Assembly (NCBI GenBank): GCA_900317975.1
Contig: ONIZ01000001.1
Span: 135,479 to 199,478, forward strand
DNA: 64,000 bases
Reading direction: 5' to 3'
From: an uncultured Bacillota bacterium
GTDB taxonomy: Bacteria; Bacillota_I; Bacilli_A; RF39; UBA660
Shown here one piece after another: positions 26,858 through 35,483 of this stretch (position 1 is the first letter of the stretch; every line of letters starts with the position of its first letter). A program made the translations under genes and the position numbers. The notes beneath the pieces were generated by a model that was not told where the DNA came from, ran no database searches, and saw nothing but the letters and a program-made list of their open reading frames with translations.

Positions 26858-27307
26858 ATGACATCATTCATCAAGAATATGAAGCCCAAGAAAGGGTTCT
26901 ATAAGCAAGGAATAGTCAATCCAAAATTGTTGAAGAAATATGCGGATTCTTTAAAGAATGAACCTATTATCTATAGAAGTGGATTAGAACTACAATTCAT
27001 CCAATATTGTGAAAATAATCCATCTATTATAAAATGGGCGTCTGAACCAATAGAGATTCCATATTTCTGTAGATTAGACCAAAAAGAACATAAATACTAT
27101 CCTGACTATATTCTAGAAAACAAGCAAGGGAACAAGGTCATCGTAGAAGTAAAGCCTTATAATCAGACAATAAAGCCAGATATGACAGATACTATTTGGC
27201 TGAAAGAAGCATGGGTAAAGAATATAGACAAATGGACTGCAGCAAAAGAATTTGCAGAAAAGCATAACATGAAATTCATTATAGTAACAGAAAAGTTCTT
27301 CACATAA
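26858..27307 (+). CDS. PD-(D/E)XK nuclease, T4 gp4-like head completion nuclease (tentative)
   Basis: YRSGLELQFIQYCENNPSIIKWASEPIEIPYF ... KYYPDYILENKQGNKVIVEVKP has the D ... E-x-K nuclease layout. Length is 149 aa, and I recall T4 gp4 as about 150 aa. Confidence 0.5.
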   Translation: MTSFIKNMKPKKGFYKQGIVNPKLLKKYADSLKNEPIIYRSGLELQFIQYCENNPSIIKWASEPIEIPYFCRLDQKEHKYYPDYILENKQGNKVIVEVKPYNQTIKPDMTDTIWLKEAWVKNIDKWTAAKEFAEKHNMKFIIVTEKFFT

Positions 27308-27328
27308 ATATATATATTCAATCATTAA

Positions 27329-28021
27329 ATGCCTTTTAAGATAATTGCCAAAGATACTACTCAACCTAATGATAATTCTAAATTAGATGGGATGCAGACA
27401 TTGCATGATATTGATAGATTCATATATGATGCAAAAAGTATTGAAGAATTCAGAATGGATGAAGCAATTGCTAGTCATCCGTTGATTCATCGTCCAACAA
27501 ACATTAGATCAAAATTGGCTTATGCAGATCTTCTCAAGGTATGTAAGCCTACAACTAAATATCTTCTTCCTGGGCAATGTGTCATATTTGGCTATGCTGA
27601 ACCTAAGTATAAGGAAGAACTTGAATACTATGACAAGACACCGTTCACAATGTTCTTGGGAATTACTCGTACAAATAATGGTGATATACGTGAAGTAGGA
27701 CTTAATCTTCATTACTATCCACCAAGAGTTCGTGCAAGAATTCTCCATACCACATATGAAGTATTTAAACATCATTTTCAGAAACATTTTAATGATCCAC
27801 CAGAAAAACCATCCGGATTCATTAACTATAATGCTTTGAAAAATATTTTAAAAAGAAATACAAAAATTGCTTTTGGTATAAAGATGTATATTCCAGTTCT
27901 AAGAGGCAAATCATATGTTCTTCCAACAAGACTATTACCTACTGCTTGTTGTACTGAAGGACACTTTTCAAAAGCAACATTAGCACAGATACATAAATAT
28001 TGGAGACAGTTCAAACAATAA
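27329..28021 (+). CDS. hypothetical protein. A T4 gp2-like DNA end protector is a speculative possibility based on position next to the gp4-like gene.
   Basis: 230-aa ORF. Contains a VGLNLHYYPPRVRARIL segment. Its last 24 nt belong to the tandem repeat at 27998..28138. Confidence 0.5.
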   Translation: MPFKIIAKDTTQPNDNSKLDGMQTLHDIDRFIYDAKSIEEFRMDEAIASHPLIHRPTNIRSKLAYADLLKVCKPTTKYLLPGQCVIFGYAEPKYKEELEYYDKTPFTMFLGITRTNNGDIREVGLNLHYYPPRVRARILHTTYEVFKHHFQKHFNDPPEKPSGFINYNALKNILKRNTKIAFGIKMYIPVLRGKSYVLPTRLLPTACCTEGHFSKATLAQIHKYWRQFKQ

Positions 28022-28138
28022 ATTTAAGTCTCCAGGTTCTAACAACATTTGTTATATATTGGAGACAGTTCAAACAATAAATTTAAGTCTCCAGGACAGT
28101 TCAAACAATAAATTTAAGTCTCCAGGTTCTAACAACAT
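27998..28138 (+). repeat. nested tandem direct repeats (59-bp period, with an internal 31-bp duplication) that copy the 3' end of the upstream gene
   Basis: tattggagacagttcaaacaataaatttaagtctccagg starts at 27998 and again at 28057. gacagttcaaacaataaatttaagtctccag is tandem at 28064 and 28095. ttctaacaacat closes copies 1 and 3. Each full copy contains the inverted repeat tggagac ... gtctcca. Confidence 0.85.
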
Positions 28139-28166
28139 AAATAAAATATATATAGAGGCAAAATTT

Positions 28167-29021
28167 ATGAAGGTAGCAATTTGTACTGTTGGTAGACTAG
28201 AAAATAGATATATCAATGAATTCGTTGATCATTATAGAAATATTGGAATTGATAAAATATTCATTCATGACAATAACTATGATGGAGAAGATCATTTTGA
28301 AGATGTATTACAACAAGATATAAATAGTGGATTAGTTGAAATTATTAATTACAGAAATAGACAAGTATGTCAACTAGAAGCTTATATGAAATGTTATGAA
28401 CTTCATAAAAATGAATATGATTGGATTCTTTTTATAGATTGTGATGAATTTCTTTATATGGAGCATTTTAATAATATTCATGAATTCTTAGCTCAACCGA
28501 AATTCAATAGTTTTCAAATGATTCATATCAATTGGATGATTTATGGTGATAATGATTTAGTATATTATGAAAATAAAAAATTAAAAGATCGATTTATTAA
28601 TCCAATATTACCTTTTAATTTTAAGACTACAGAAAATGATATGACATTTAATTGTCATATTAAATCAATTATTAGAGGAGGATTAGAAAGATTAATTTTT
28701 GTTTATAGTCCACATACACCTGAAAATAATTTTAAATGTTGTGATGCCACCGGTAATGTATGTCAGTCAAATAGTCCATTTCTTGTTCCGTATAACTTTA
28801 CTGAAGCACATTTCAAGCATTATGTTACAAAGACAATTGATGAATATTATCATATTAAAGTTAAAAGAGGATTTCCGGATGTAAATAAAGATTTCTTTAA
28901 AACTAATAATTGGATTGAACAATTTTTTAAGATAAATAAAATGACAATAGAAAAACAACTATATATAAGAGGACTATATAATAAAAATATTGTAAAAAAT
29001 GAAAAATTAAATGGAATTTAA
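28167..29021 (+). CDS. GT-A fold glycosyltransferase (GT2 / GT92-like)
   Basis: MKVAICTVGRLENRYINEFVDHYRNIGIDKIFIHDNNYDGED ... ILFIDCDEFL. I prefer the ATG at 28167. The track start at 28059 is a TTG inside the repeat. Confidence 0.6.
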   Translation: MKVAICTVGRLENRYINEFVDHYRNIGIDKIFIHDNNYDGEDHFEDVLQQDINSGLVEIINYRNRQVCQLEAYMKCYELHKNEYDWILFIDCDEFLYMEHFNNIHEFLAQPKFNSFQMIHINWMIYGDNDLVYYENKKLKDRFINPILPFNFKTTENDMTFNCHIKSIIRGGLERLIFVYSPHTPENNFKCCDATGNVCQSNSPFLVPYNFTEAHFKHYVTKTIDEYYHIKVKRGFPDVNKDFFKTNNWIEQFFKINKMTIEKQLYIRGLYNKNIVKNEKLNGI

Positions 29022-29070
29022 CCCATAGTATTTCTATTTTAATAATATTAAAAATATTTTTTTACAATAT

Positions 29071-29916
29071 ATGAATAATAGATTTTGTATTGTAATTCCT
29101 GTCTATAAAACAGATTTAAGTATAACAGAGGAATTATCATTTAGAAACTTTATCAATACTTTCAAAAACAAAGACAACAATATTTTCTTCATATGCCCAG
29201 ATGACCTTGATACAACTGCATATGATACTGTCATAAAAAATGAATTGTCTAAGAAAGATAAGTTATTGATAGAAAGAAAGAATTTTGATGCCAAATATTT
29301 CAAAAGTGAATTCACTTATAGTCAGTTATGTGTTAACTATGATTTCTATAGTTCATTTGATGATTATGACTATATGCTTATCTGGCAGTTTGATTGCTAT
29401 CTATTCAATGATAATATTGAAAAATGGTGTGATAAGGGATATGACTATATAGGAGCACCAATCATTTCTGAATATAGTGGATGGAAAAGCAATAATGATA
29501 TTGTATGGAAGCCAAAAGTCGGCAATGGCGGATTAAGCTTAAGAAAGATTAGTACATTCAAAGATGTCACAAATCCAGAAGGAGAATTCTTGACATACTA
29601 TAAGTCAACTTATAATAATAATTTGTTTGAAAAACTTAAGTTTGAAGATGTATATTTCTATAATGTGTTCCGTTATTATTGGGATGCTAATATTCCTTCA
29701 TGGGAAGAAGCTGGTCGATTTGCATTAGATATGAATCCAGAAGTATATGCTAATTTTGTTAATGATAAAGAATTCTTACCTATGGCTTGTCACGCATGGC
29801 CAAAGAATATTAGATTCTGGAAAGACAAAATAAAAGAAATAGACAATAACATAATAGATTATTGTGAAGAAAAATATAAAGAATTTTTTAAATTATATTA
29901 TGGAGAAAAAAAATGA
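29071..29916 (+). CDS. DUF5672-like putative glycosyltransferase
   Basis: YDYIGAPI ... VGNGGLSLRKI resembles the GNGGFSLR signature I associate with DUF5672. Called from memory. Confidence 0.4.
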   Translation: MNNRFCIVIPVYKTDLSITEELSFRNFINTFKNKDNNIFFICPDDLDTTAYDTVIKNELSKKDKLLIERKNFDAKYFKSEFTYSQLCVNYDFYSSFDDYDYMLIWQFDCYLFNDNIEKWCDKGYDYIGAPIISEYSGWKSNNDIVWKPKVGNGGLSLRKISTFKDVTNPEGEFLTYYKSTYNNNLFEKLKFEDVYFYNVFRYYWDANIPSWEEAGRFALDMNPEVYANFVNDKEFLPMACHAWPKNIRFWKDKIKEIDNNIIDYCEEKYKEFFKLYYGEKK

Positions 29917-30754
29917 TGTAAAGATTTGTATTTTATGTTTATGCTCTCATCATCAAATATTTCAATACCAAGTAATGGTAGATAAAAATACATGGATTAA
30001 ACATGCTCAAGAAGAAGGAATTGATGTATATAGATATGAAGGATCAAATAGAAATGAAATTATAGATGATATAATTTATTGTGATTGCGAAGATGATTTT
30101 TGGCATACATATGAAAAAACAATTTGTGCATTTCAGCAATTAGATATTGATAAATATGATTTTGTTGTCCGTACTAATCTTACAACATATATAAATCCAA
30201 AAATATTAATACAATATTGTCAATTCTTAAAAGATAATAATTATAATATTGCTAATGGCTGCTTATGTATAAAAGATAATATTATTAATTATCGTGGTAA
30301 TAGTTTAATATTAGATAATATGGTTTGTCATTATTTATTAGATCATATTCATCCAAATACTGAACATATTCAAGATGATGGAGTATTTCAAGAAGTATTT
30401 AAAAATATAGATAATTTAAAAATTCATTCTGTTCCATTTAGATATTATTGTAAAGAAGAATATTTTAAATATCATCCACAAACTATAAAAGAAATAACTA
30501 AAGAAAATCTTGAAGGAATTGTATTTATTAGTTATAGAATAACAGAAATTAATAAAATAAATACAGATAAATTACATGAAAAATATAGATATATTGAATT
30601 AGGAAGATGTTATGAAATAGATTCAGTATATAATCAATTAGAAAATAATAGTATTAAAGATAATTTTGGTTTAATATATGATGATGCTATTAATAAATTT
30701 AGATCAAATATAAATACTATTATTCAACATAATAATACATTAGTTTATGAATAA
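29900..30754 (+). CDS. hypothetical protein in the glycosyltransferase cluster
   Basis: The ATG at 29900 gives MEKKNDVKICILCL. It overlaps the upstream gene by 17 nt. The track start at 29864 is a GTG. Confidence 0.45.
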   Translation: MEKKNDVKICILCLCSHHQIFQYQVMVDKNTWIKHAQEEGIDVYRYEGSNRNEIIDDIIYCDCEDDFWHTYEKTICAFQQLDIDKYDFVVRTNLTTYINPKILIQYCQFLKDNNYNIANGCLCIKDNIINYRGNSLILDNMVCHYLLDHIHPNTEHIQDDGVFQEVFKNIDNLKIHSVPFRYYCKEEYFKYHPQTIKEITKENLEGIVFISYRITEINKINTDKLHEKYRYIELGRCYEIDSVYNQLENNSIKDNFGLIYDDAINKFRSNINTIIQHNNTLVYE

Positions 30755-30808
30755 TAAATATAATATTTAATATTAGATAAGTACTAGCAAACTTATAGAA
30801 CAAATATT

Positions 30809-30825
30809 TTATTTTTAATATATAA
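30809..30825 (+). promoter_or_regulatory. motif A in plus-sense orientation (ttatttttaatatataa, one base shorter)
   Basis: Reverse-complement orientation of the 17-mer, 32 nt upstream of the plus-strand ATG at 30858. Confidence 0.4.
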
Positions 30826-30857
30826 ATTCATAAACAAATATTTAAGATAATAGCAGT

Positions 30858-31856
30858 ATGAAGAAATTCAGTAAATCAATAAATGAAGGATGTGTAACTG
30901 CCGATGTTAATCCAGGCAATGCATATTCAAATACTGGTGTAATGAATCATCTTACTCCTGTTGGTAATATTGTGGCTCAAATAAGAAATTTGTTTGGCCC
31001 ATTGACAGGAATTGTTGCATCTGTTGCAGAAGATGGTTTTTCAGTTAAGCTTAATTCTTCTAAGTTTGTGTCAAAAGAAGAAGTGAACAAGATCTTGTAT
31101 GATATGACATCAATGAGAAATGTAAGTATTGATTCATTGATTAGACAAAGTGGTTTAAGTGTTCAAAAGCTTATTCCAATTGGTCAATATTTTGTTGTAT
31201 ATTATTCTCCCAATGACATAAAGGGAGCAAAGCCAGGAGTAGAACCTGAACCAGCTAATCTTCCATGTAGTGAAATGCGTACAATAGATGCTGAAGAAGT
31301 TGAAATGTTTGCATTCATTACAGAATCGGATGATGATGAAGAACTTAAAGACATCACAAAGGAAAAGATTAGTGAATTGATAAAAGCTAAAGACAAAGTA
31401 AAAGCAGCACAACAACTAGAACTTTTGGTAACTCAAGAAATGGAACTTCCAAGAGAATACTATTTTGCTGGTGTAAAATCTAAAGATGGCGATGAGTCTA
31501 TTGCTTTAAGATGGAAATATACAAGAAAACGTCCTCATAACAAATCATCCGAATCTGTAAGATCATTGTTGAATATCTTTGATGATTCAGAAGAAGGCAT
31601 ATGGGTACAGGACTTTGTAAAAGACTCAATGTTCCAATTACCTGATGAAGTAAAGAAGCTTATTGAATCTGTTCTTGAATTCCTTGGCGCAGAGAAAACA
31701 AATGATCCTGCAATCTGGTCATTGAAAAAATCTGAAAAGAAGGATGAAAAGAAAGATGATGACAAGAAAGAAGAGGACAAGAAATCAAACAAAGAAGAAT
31801 CAGATGATGAAGATGACAGTTCAAGAGGAGATTCTTCAGATGATTTATTAGGATAA
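30858..31856 (+). CDS. hypothetical protein with a CTS-like N-terminus and a highly charged K/E/D C-terminal tail
   Basis: N-terminus MKKFSKSINE. C-terminus KKSEKKDEKKDDDKKEEDKKSNKEESDDEDDSS. Confidence 0.55.
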   Translation: MKKFSKSINEGCVTADVNPGNAYSNTGVMNHLTPVGNIVAQIRNLFGPLTGIVASVAEDGFSVKLNSSKFVSKEEVNKILYDMTSMRNVSIDSLIRQSGLSVQKLIPIGQYFVVYYSPNDIKGAKPGVEPEPANLPCSEMRTIDAEEVEMFAFITESDDDEELKDITKEKISELIKAKDKVKAAQQLELLVTQEMELPREYYFAGVKSKDGDESIALRWKYTRKRPHNKSSESVRSLLNIFDDSEEGIWVQDFVKDSMFQLPDEVKKLIESVLEFLGAEKTNDPAIWSLKKSEKKDEKKDDDKKEEDKKSNKEESDDEDDSSRGDSSDDLLG

Positions 31857-32123
31857 AATAACAAATAATCAAAATAAATAATAAAATAAAAGCAACGATA
31901 TGAAAGGGGTATTATACTTCTAGTGAGAAGTGATTGATATTCTATAAAATTATTTATATTATATCAGATACCCTTTATCGTATTTTAATTTTTCACTGGA
32001 AGGAAATTTTAATACGTATAAGAAAGTCGAATAAAAATCAATTTTTGAGGCAGAAAAATTGGGTATGATTTTTTGAAGACTAAATGCATATGTTGACCGA
32101 GAAGATGTCCAATAATTATATGC

Positions 32124-32849
32124 ATGAAAAATAAAAATATCAAATACAATAATATGAGTAGAAAAATGAAATTTAAGAGAGTTTTATTATGCGCATTATT
32201 GATTTCATTACCTGTGTTATCAATGACAAATGTGAATAAAGCTAAAATATATACAAATGGAATTGACAACAAACAGGTAACAATGTGTTATGATAAATAT
32301 GATACTGCCAAGTTTGGAAAGATAGATTCAATTCTTTTTGCTAAAGATAGTTTGAAGAAAGATTCTATATATAAGTCAATATTGAAGACCAGACAAGACA
32401 GTATCAAAGAAATCTTGATTGATGAAGTTGACAAATATATGAGGAAAATAACTCCAAGATTCCATCAAAGTCTTCCTCGTGAATTTGTCAATCATTCTTT
32501 AGAATATGGTATTGATCTATCTTTTATGTTAGCTCAAACTCAACTAGAGACAATCTTTGGTACAGCAGGAGCAGGAAGAGAATCATCACGTAGATCTCTT
32601 TTTGGTGTAGCTGTCAGAAGATATTCATCATATCAAGAAGCAATCAATGACTATTGCAAACTGCTTAAGAAAAGCTATCTTGTAAAGGGAAGAACGGAAC
32701 ATCATCTTATGAAAAGATATACTACTGGTTCTGGTGCAAGATATGCAAGTAATCCACATTATGAAGTTGAACTGTCAAGAACATACAACAACATCATACG
32801 GAATACTAATATAGATGAAATACAAATGCAGATTCAGTCATTAGGATAA
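32124..32849 (+). CDS. secreted or membrane-anchored peptidoglycan hydrolase (glucosaminidase / FlgJ-like domain, tentative)
   Basis: Hydrophobic N-terminus VLLCALLISLPVLSM. LSFMLAQTQLETIFGTAGAGRESSRRSLFGV resembles the AQAxLESGxG ... NNLFGI pattern. The start could also be an internal Met at 32154 or 32166. Confidence 0.5.
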   Translation: MKNKNIKYNNMSRKMKFKRVLLCALLISLPVLSMTNVNKAKIYTNGIDNKQVTMCYDKYDTAKFGKIDSILFAKDSLKKDSIYKSILKTRQDSIKEILIDEVDKYMRKITPRFHQSLPREFVNHSLEYGIDLSFMLAQTQLETIFGTAGAGRESSRRSLFGVAVRRYSSYQEAINDYCKLLKKSYLVKGRTEHHLMKRYTTGSGARYASNPHYEVELSRTYNNIIRNTNIDEIQMQIQSLG

Positions 32850-32872
32850 AAAATATATAGATGATTTAGATT

Positions 32873-33586
32873 ATGAATAGCTGGAAGTCTTACAAGTATA
32901 TGTTCATACTTGGATTAGTTAGTTTCTTATTATTGATTTCTAATTTGTTTGCAATCAGACAATGCTCAAACAATGTTAGAAAGAATAATAACAATATCGT
33001 TGCTCTTACTGATTCTATCAAATATCACAAGACTAAGGCTAATGAGCTATATGTTTCTAAGACATTATTAGAAGGTGATCTCAACACATTGAAGATTGCT
33101 AATGACAGTTTGTATAATGTTATAAAAGACATGAAGGAGATAAAGCATCCATCATCTGTTGTATATATCAATCAAACTGTAGATAATGGAAAGAAAGATA
33201 CTGCTTGGATCATTGAAAAAGACACTTTAGTAAGATACCCAATTCTTACCAAAGAGTTCTCGTTTGACAATCAGTTTAGAGCATTGAATGGGAATGTCTT
33301 TCTTCAAGATTCTATTTTGGGTCTGAATATCAATAATGATAAGGTCTTCATGGATTATACAATTGCTATTGAGAAAAATCAAGTATTTGTAAAATCAAAT
33401 AATCCTTATATCCAATTCAACAAGATACAAGGCATTACTATTCCAGAGCCACGAAGACGTCTGACTTCATTAGTGATAGGACCTTCTGTAGGTTATGGAT
33501 ATGATTTGCAAGAGAAGAGATTTGCTCCTTCTATCAATCTATCTGTAACTTACGGAATTGATTTAATTAACTTATTAAAAAAATAA
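32873..33586 (+). CDS. N-terminally membrane-anchored protein
   Basis: Transmembrane segment YMFILGLVSFLLLISNLFAI, followed by a coiled-coil-like segment. Confidence 0.5.
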   Translation: MNSWKSYKYMFILGLVSFLLLISNLFAIRQCSNNVRKNNNNIVALTDSIKYHKTKANELYVSKTLLEGDLNTLKIANDSLYNVIKDMKEIKHPSSVVYINQTVDNGKKDTAWIIEKDTLVRYPILTKEFSFDNQFRALNGNVFLQDSILGLNINNDKVFMDYTIAIEKNQVFVKSNNPYIQFNKIQGITIPEPRRRLTSLVIGPSVGYGYDLQEKRFAPSINLSVTYGIDLINLLKK

Positions 33587-33630
33587 GAATAAACATAAAA
33601 ATATTAAAAAATAAATAATATATATAAATT

Positions 33631-34029
33631 ATGCAGATAACATCTAAATATAGTGAAAATGATAAGGTATGGTTCTATAATAATCATAAATATTATGAAG
33701 GTATAATAGTTGCAATAAGTAGTTGGAATGAAAATGATACTTTTATATATCGAATTCAACATAACAGTGCTAATGAATCATTTATGCTATATGTAAATGA
33801 ACATGACATCTATGAATCAGAATCAGATATTCCTCAACCTGAATTAATACATTATGAATTAATAGAACCAACAGATCCAATGGATGATATTACACCAGAT
33901 CCAATTGATGATCCTACGCCAGATTCAATTGATGATTCTAATACTCAAGATCCTAATGATCCAGTAGAGCCAATTGATGATCCTACACCAGATCCAGTAG
34001 ATCCTGAAAATTCAATAGATCCTGAATAA
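33631..34029 (+). CDS. hypothetical protein with a D/P-rich repeat tail
   Basis: DPMDDITPDPIDDPTPDSIDDS ... EPIDDPTPDPVDPENSIDPE. The DNA also shows near-duplicate ccaattgatgatcctac segments. Confidence 0.5.
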   Translation: MQITSKYSENDKVWFYNNHKYYEGIIVAISSWNENDTFIYRIQHNSANESFMLYVNEHDIYESESDIPQPELIHYELIEPTDPMDDITPDPIDDPTPDSIDDSNTQDPNDPVEPIDDPTPDPVDPENSIDPE

Positions 34030-34045
34030 TTTTATATATATTAAA

Positions 34046-34136
34046 ACACACAGAATGTCCTCTGTATGTATTCATTTCAAGGATATATAATTATATTAAA
34101 ACTTGATTTGATGCACACAGAGGACATTTAAGTGTG
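34046..34136 (+). other. long imperfect hairpin (12-bp core stem plus a 5-bp outer stem, about 51-nt loop)
   Basis: aatgtcctctgt (34054..34065) pairs with acagaggacatt (34117..34128). The outer cacac pairs with gtgtg (34132..34136). Confidence 0.6.
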
Positions 34137-34230
34137 GTTCTGATGAATATTTCTCTTATGTTCATGAATGTATAATTCTTAATTTTTATTTTAAAATTTT
34201 TTCATTTATTTTATAAAATTATTTAAAAAC

Positions 34231-34250
34231 ATTGTCTATATTAAATATAT
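34231..34250 (+). promoter_or_regulatory. motif B-like, copy 9 (TCTAT core)
   Basis: attgTCTATattaaatatat, upstream of the iterons and of 34359. Confidence 0.35.
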
Positions 34251-34266
34251 ATTAAGAGAAATTAAG

Positions 34267-34330
34267 ACATATAGTTAATATTACATATAGTTAATATTAC
34301 ATATAGTTAATATTACATATAATAAATATA
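34267..34330 (+). repeat. three exact tandem copies of the 16-mer acatatagttaatatt plus a degenerate fourth copy (iteron-like)
   Basis: Copies at 34267, 34283 and 34299. A degenerate copy, acatataataaatata, starts at 34315. The array ends 28 nt before the ATG at 34359. Confidence 0.85.
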
Positions 34331-34358
34331 TATAGCAGCGAATTACTGAAATATCATT

Positions 34359-34868
34359 ATGTTAGACTGGTTAAGTAAAGAACTATTAGAAACATATTGT
34401 TTTTCTAATATTGATGAAGACAGAACAAGGTCTAAAGAAGTGATTATTAACGGGCGTCCTTATATAAAGTATGGAGTTGAATGTGCTACAACTGTTGTTG
34501 CTTTGAAGTATAAGGTATTTGACCCAAGTATTAACCGTCATAAATTTGTCATATTATATGGCATAGCACGTCAAAATCCTGGGGATTTGATTATTACTGC
34601 AGAAGAAGGTAAAGAAATAGCTATGGAAAACGCATTAATCAACCCAGTAATGAAAGTTGAATATATGAATGATCCAGACGCTTTTACTGTTAATTTGTTT
34701 ATGAGAGCTTATGTTGCGGGCTTACCAGTAAAGTTTGTGAATACTAAGCAAGAACTTAAGTCATTAAACAAAGATCTCAAACTTTATAACAGAAAAACAG
34801 GAATGAAATCAAATGAGTATTATCATCAATACTATGTTGATTTTCGTAATAAATTTATGGAAGACTAA
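34359..34868 (+). CDS. hypothetical protein
   Basis: 169-aa ORF with an ATG start. Confidence 0.55.
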   Translation: MLDWLSKELLETYCFSNIDEDRTRSKEVIINGRPYIKYGVECATTVVALKYKVFDPSINRHKFVILYGIARQNPGDLIITAEEGKEIAMENALINPVMKVEYMNDPDAFTVNLFMRAYVAGLPVKFVNTKQELKSLNKDLKLYNRKTGMKSNEYYHQYYVDFRNKFMED

Positions 34869-34873
34869 CAATT

Positions 34874-35473
34874 ATGAGAGATGATAATATACAAGGATTT
34901 GGGTATGCTGAAATGTATGAATGGTATGAAGTTCCAGAACAACAAAACAAATTGGGAAGATTTGTTACATTTGACAAAAGAGATCCCAATAAGATAAAGT
35001 TAGCTACTGGAGATGACTTTATTATTGGAGTGACTACTGTTTGTGCTCAGGATACATCAGACAATCCAGATGAATGGAAATACTCTTATCTTTGTAATGA
35101 ATACGGAGACTTATATCTTCAAAAAGAACGATTAGCAGTTGGCGCAAAACAATATGATCAACTATTAGAATTGAACTATATCAAGACTTATCCATGGGAA
35201 CATTTCATTCGTATTGAGAACAAGTTCCTTGATAAGAATCGTAAATATGTTCAAAGAGCTAATCGTCAAGAATGGATACGAGTCAACCTTATTGGAAAGA
35301 CAATTGTAAGAGACAATGGGGAATGCAAGCCAGGAGAGTTCTGTGAAGCTTATACTGGAAAACTTAAAGAACTACAAGGAATAGCAGTCCCATCAACAAA
35401 TACATCAAAGAACAAGAAATTCTATGTATTAGAGCGATTAAGTAATAATACTGTTCTTATTCTGAACAAATAA
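34874..35473 (+). CDS. Peptidase_G2 / IMC-type autoproteolytic-domain-like protein (tentative)
   Basis: GFGYAEMYEWYE ... LGRFVTFD ... KIKLATGDDFIIGVTT ... DEWKYSYLCNEYG resembles the yaemfEW ... GrfVtl ... iiGvvS ... W pattern of pre-neck-appendage C-terminal domains. Called from memory. Confidence 0.4.
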   Translation: MRDDNIQGFGYAEMYEWYEVPEQQNKLGRFVTFDKRDPNKIKLATGDDFIIGVTTVCAQDTSDNPDEWKYSYLCNEYGDLYLQKERLAVGAKQYDQLLELNYIKTYPWEHFIRIENKFLDKNRKYVQRANRQEWIRVNLIGKTIVRDNGECKPGEFCEAYTGKLKELQGIAVPSTNTSKNKKFYVLERLSNNTVLILNK

Positions 35474-35483
35474 AGAGGAGATA

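Noticed and set aside
28059-28166. N-terminal extension of the glycosyltransferase ORF (METVQTINLSLQDSSNNKFKSPGSNN...) from a TTG start
   Set aside because: The extension is a read-through of the tandem DNA repeat. The conserved GT-A N-terminus starts at the ATG at 28167 (MKVAICTVGRL).
29906-29913. A8 run at the junction of 29071..29916 and 29900..30754. Loss of one A in the mRNA would fuse the two ORFs.
   Set aside because: A-runs are common in this AT-rich genome. The downstream ORF has its own ATG in the usual 17-nt overlap arrangement, so ordinary translational coupling is the simpler explanation. This is unlike the unique G7 tract at 38000..38006.
32009-32272. 87-aa minus-strand ORF
   Set aside because: It overlaps the start of the plus-strand hydrolase gene, has hydrophobic low-complexity composition and has no regulatory context.
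34267-34330. Possible CRISPR array
   Set aside because: The repeats are contiguous 16-mers with no spacers, and no cas genes are present. It is a tandem iteron array.
31857-34358. tRNA genes in the larger intergenic gaps (31857..32123 and 34030..34358; I also checked 15110..15197, 16078..16229 and 30755..30857)
   Set aside because: None shows a cloverleaf layout, a GTTC-type T-loop or the local G+C enrichment expected of tRNAs.
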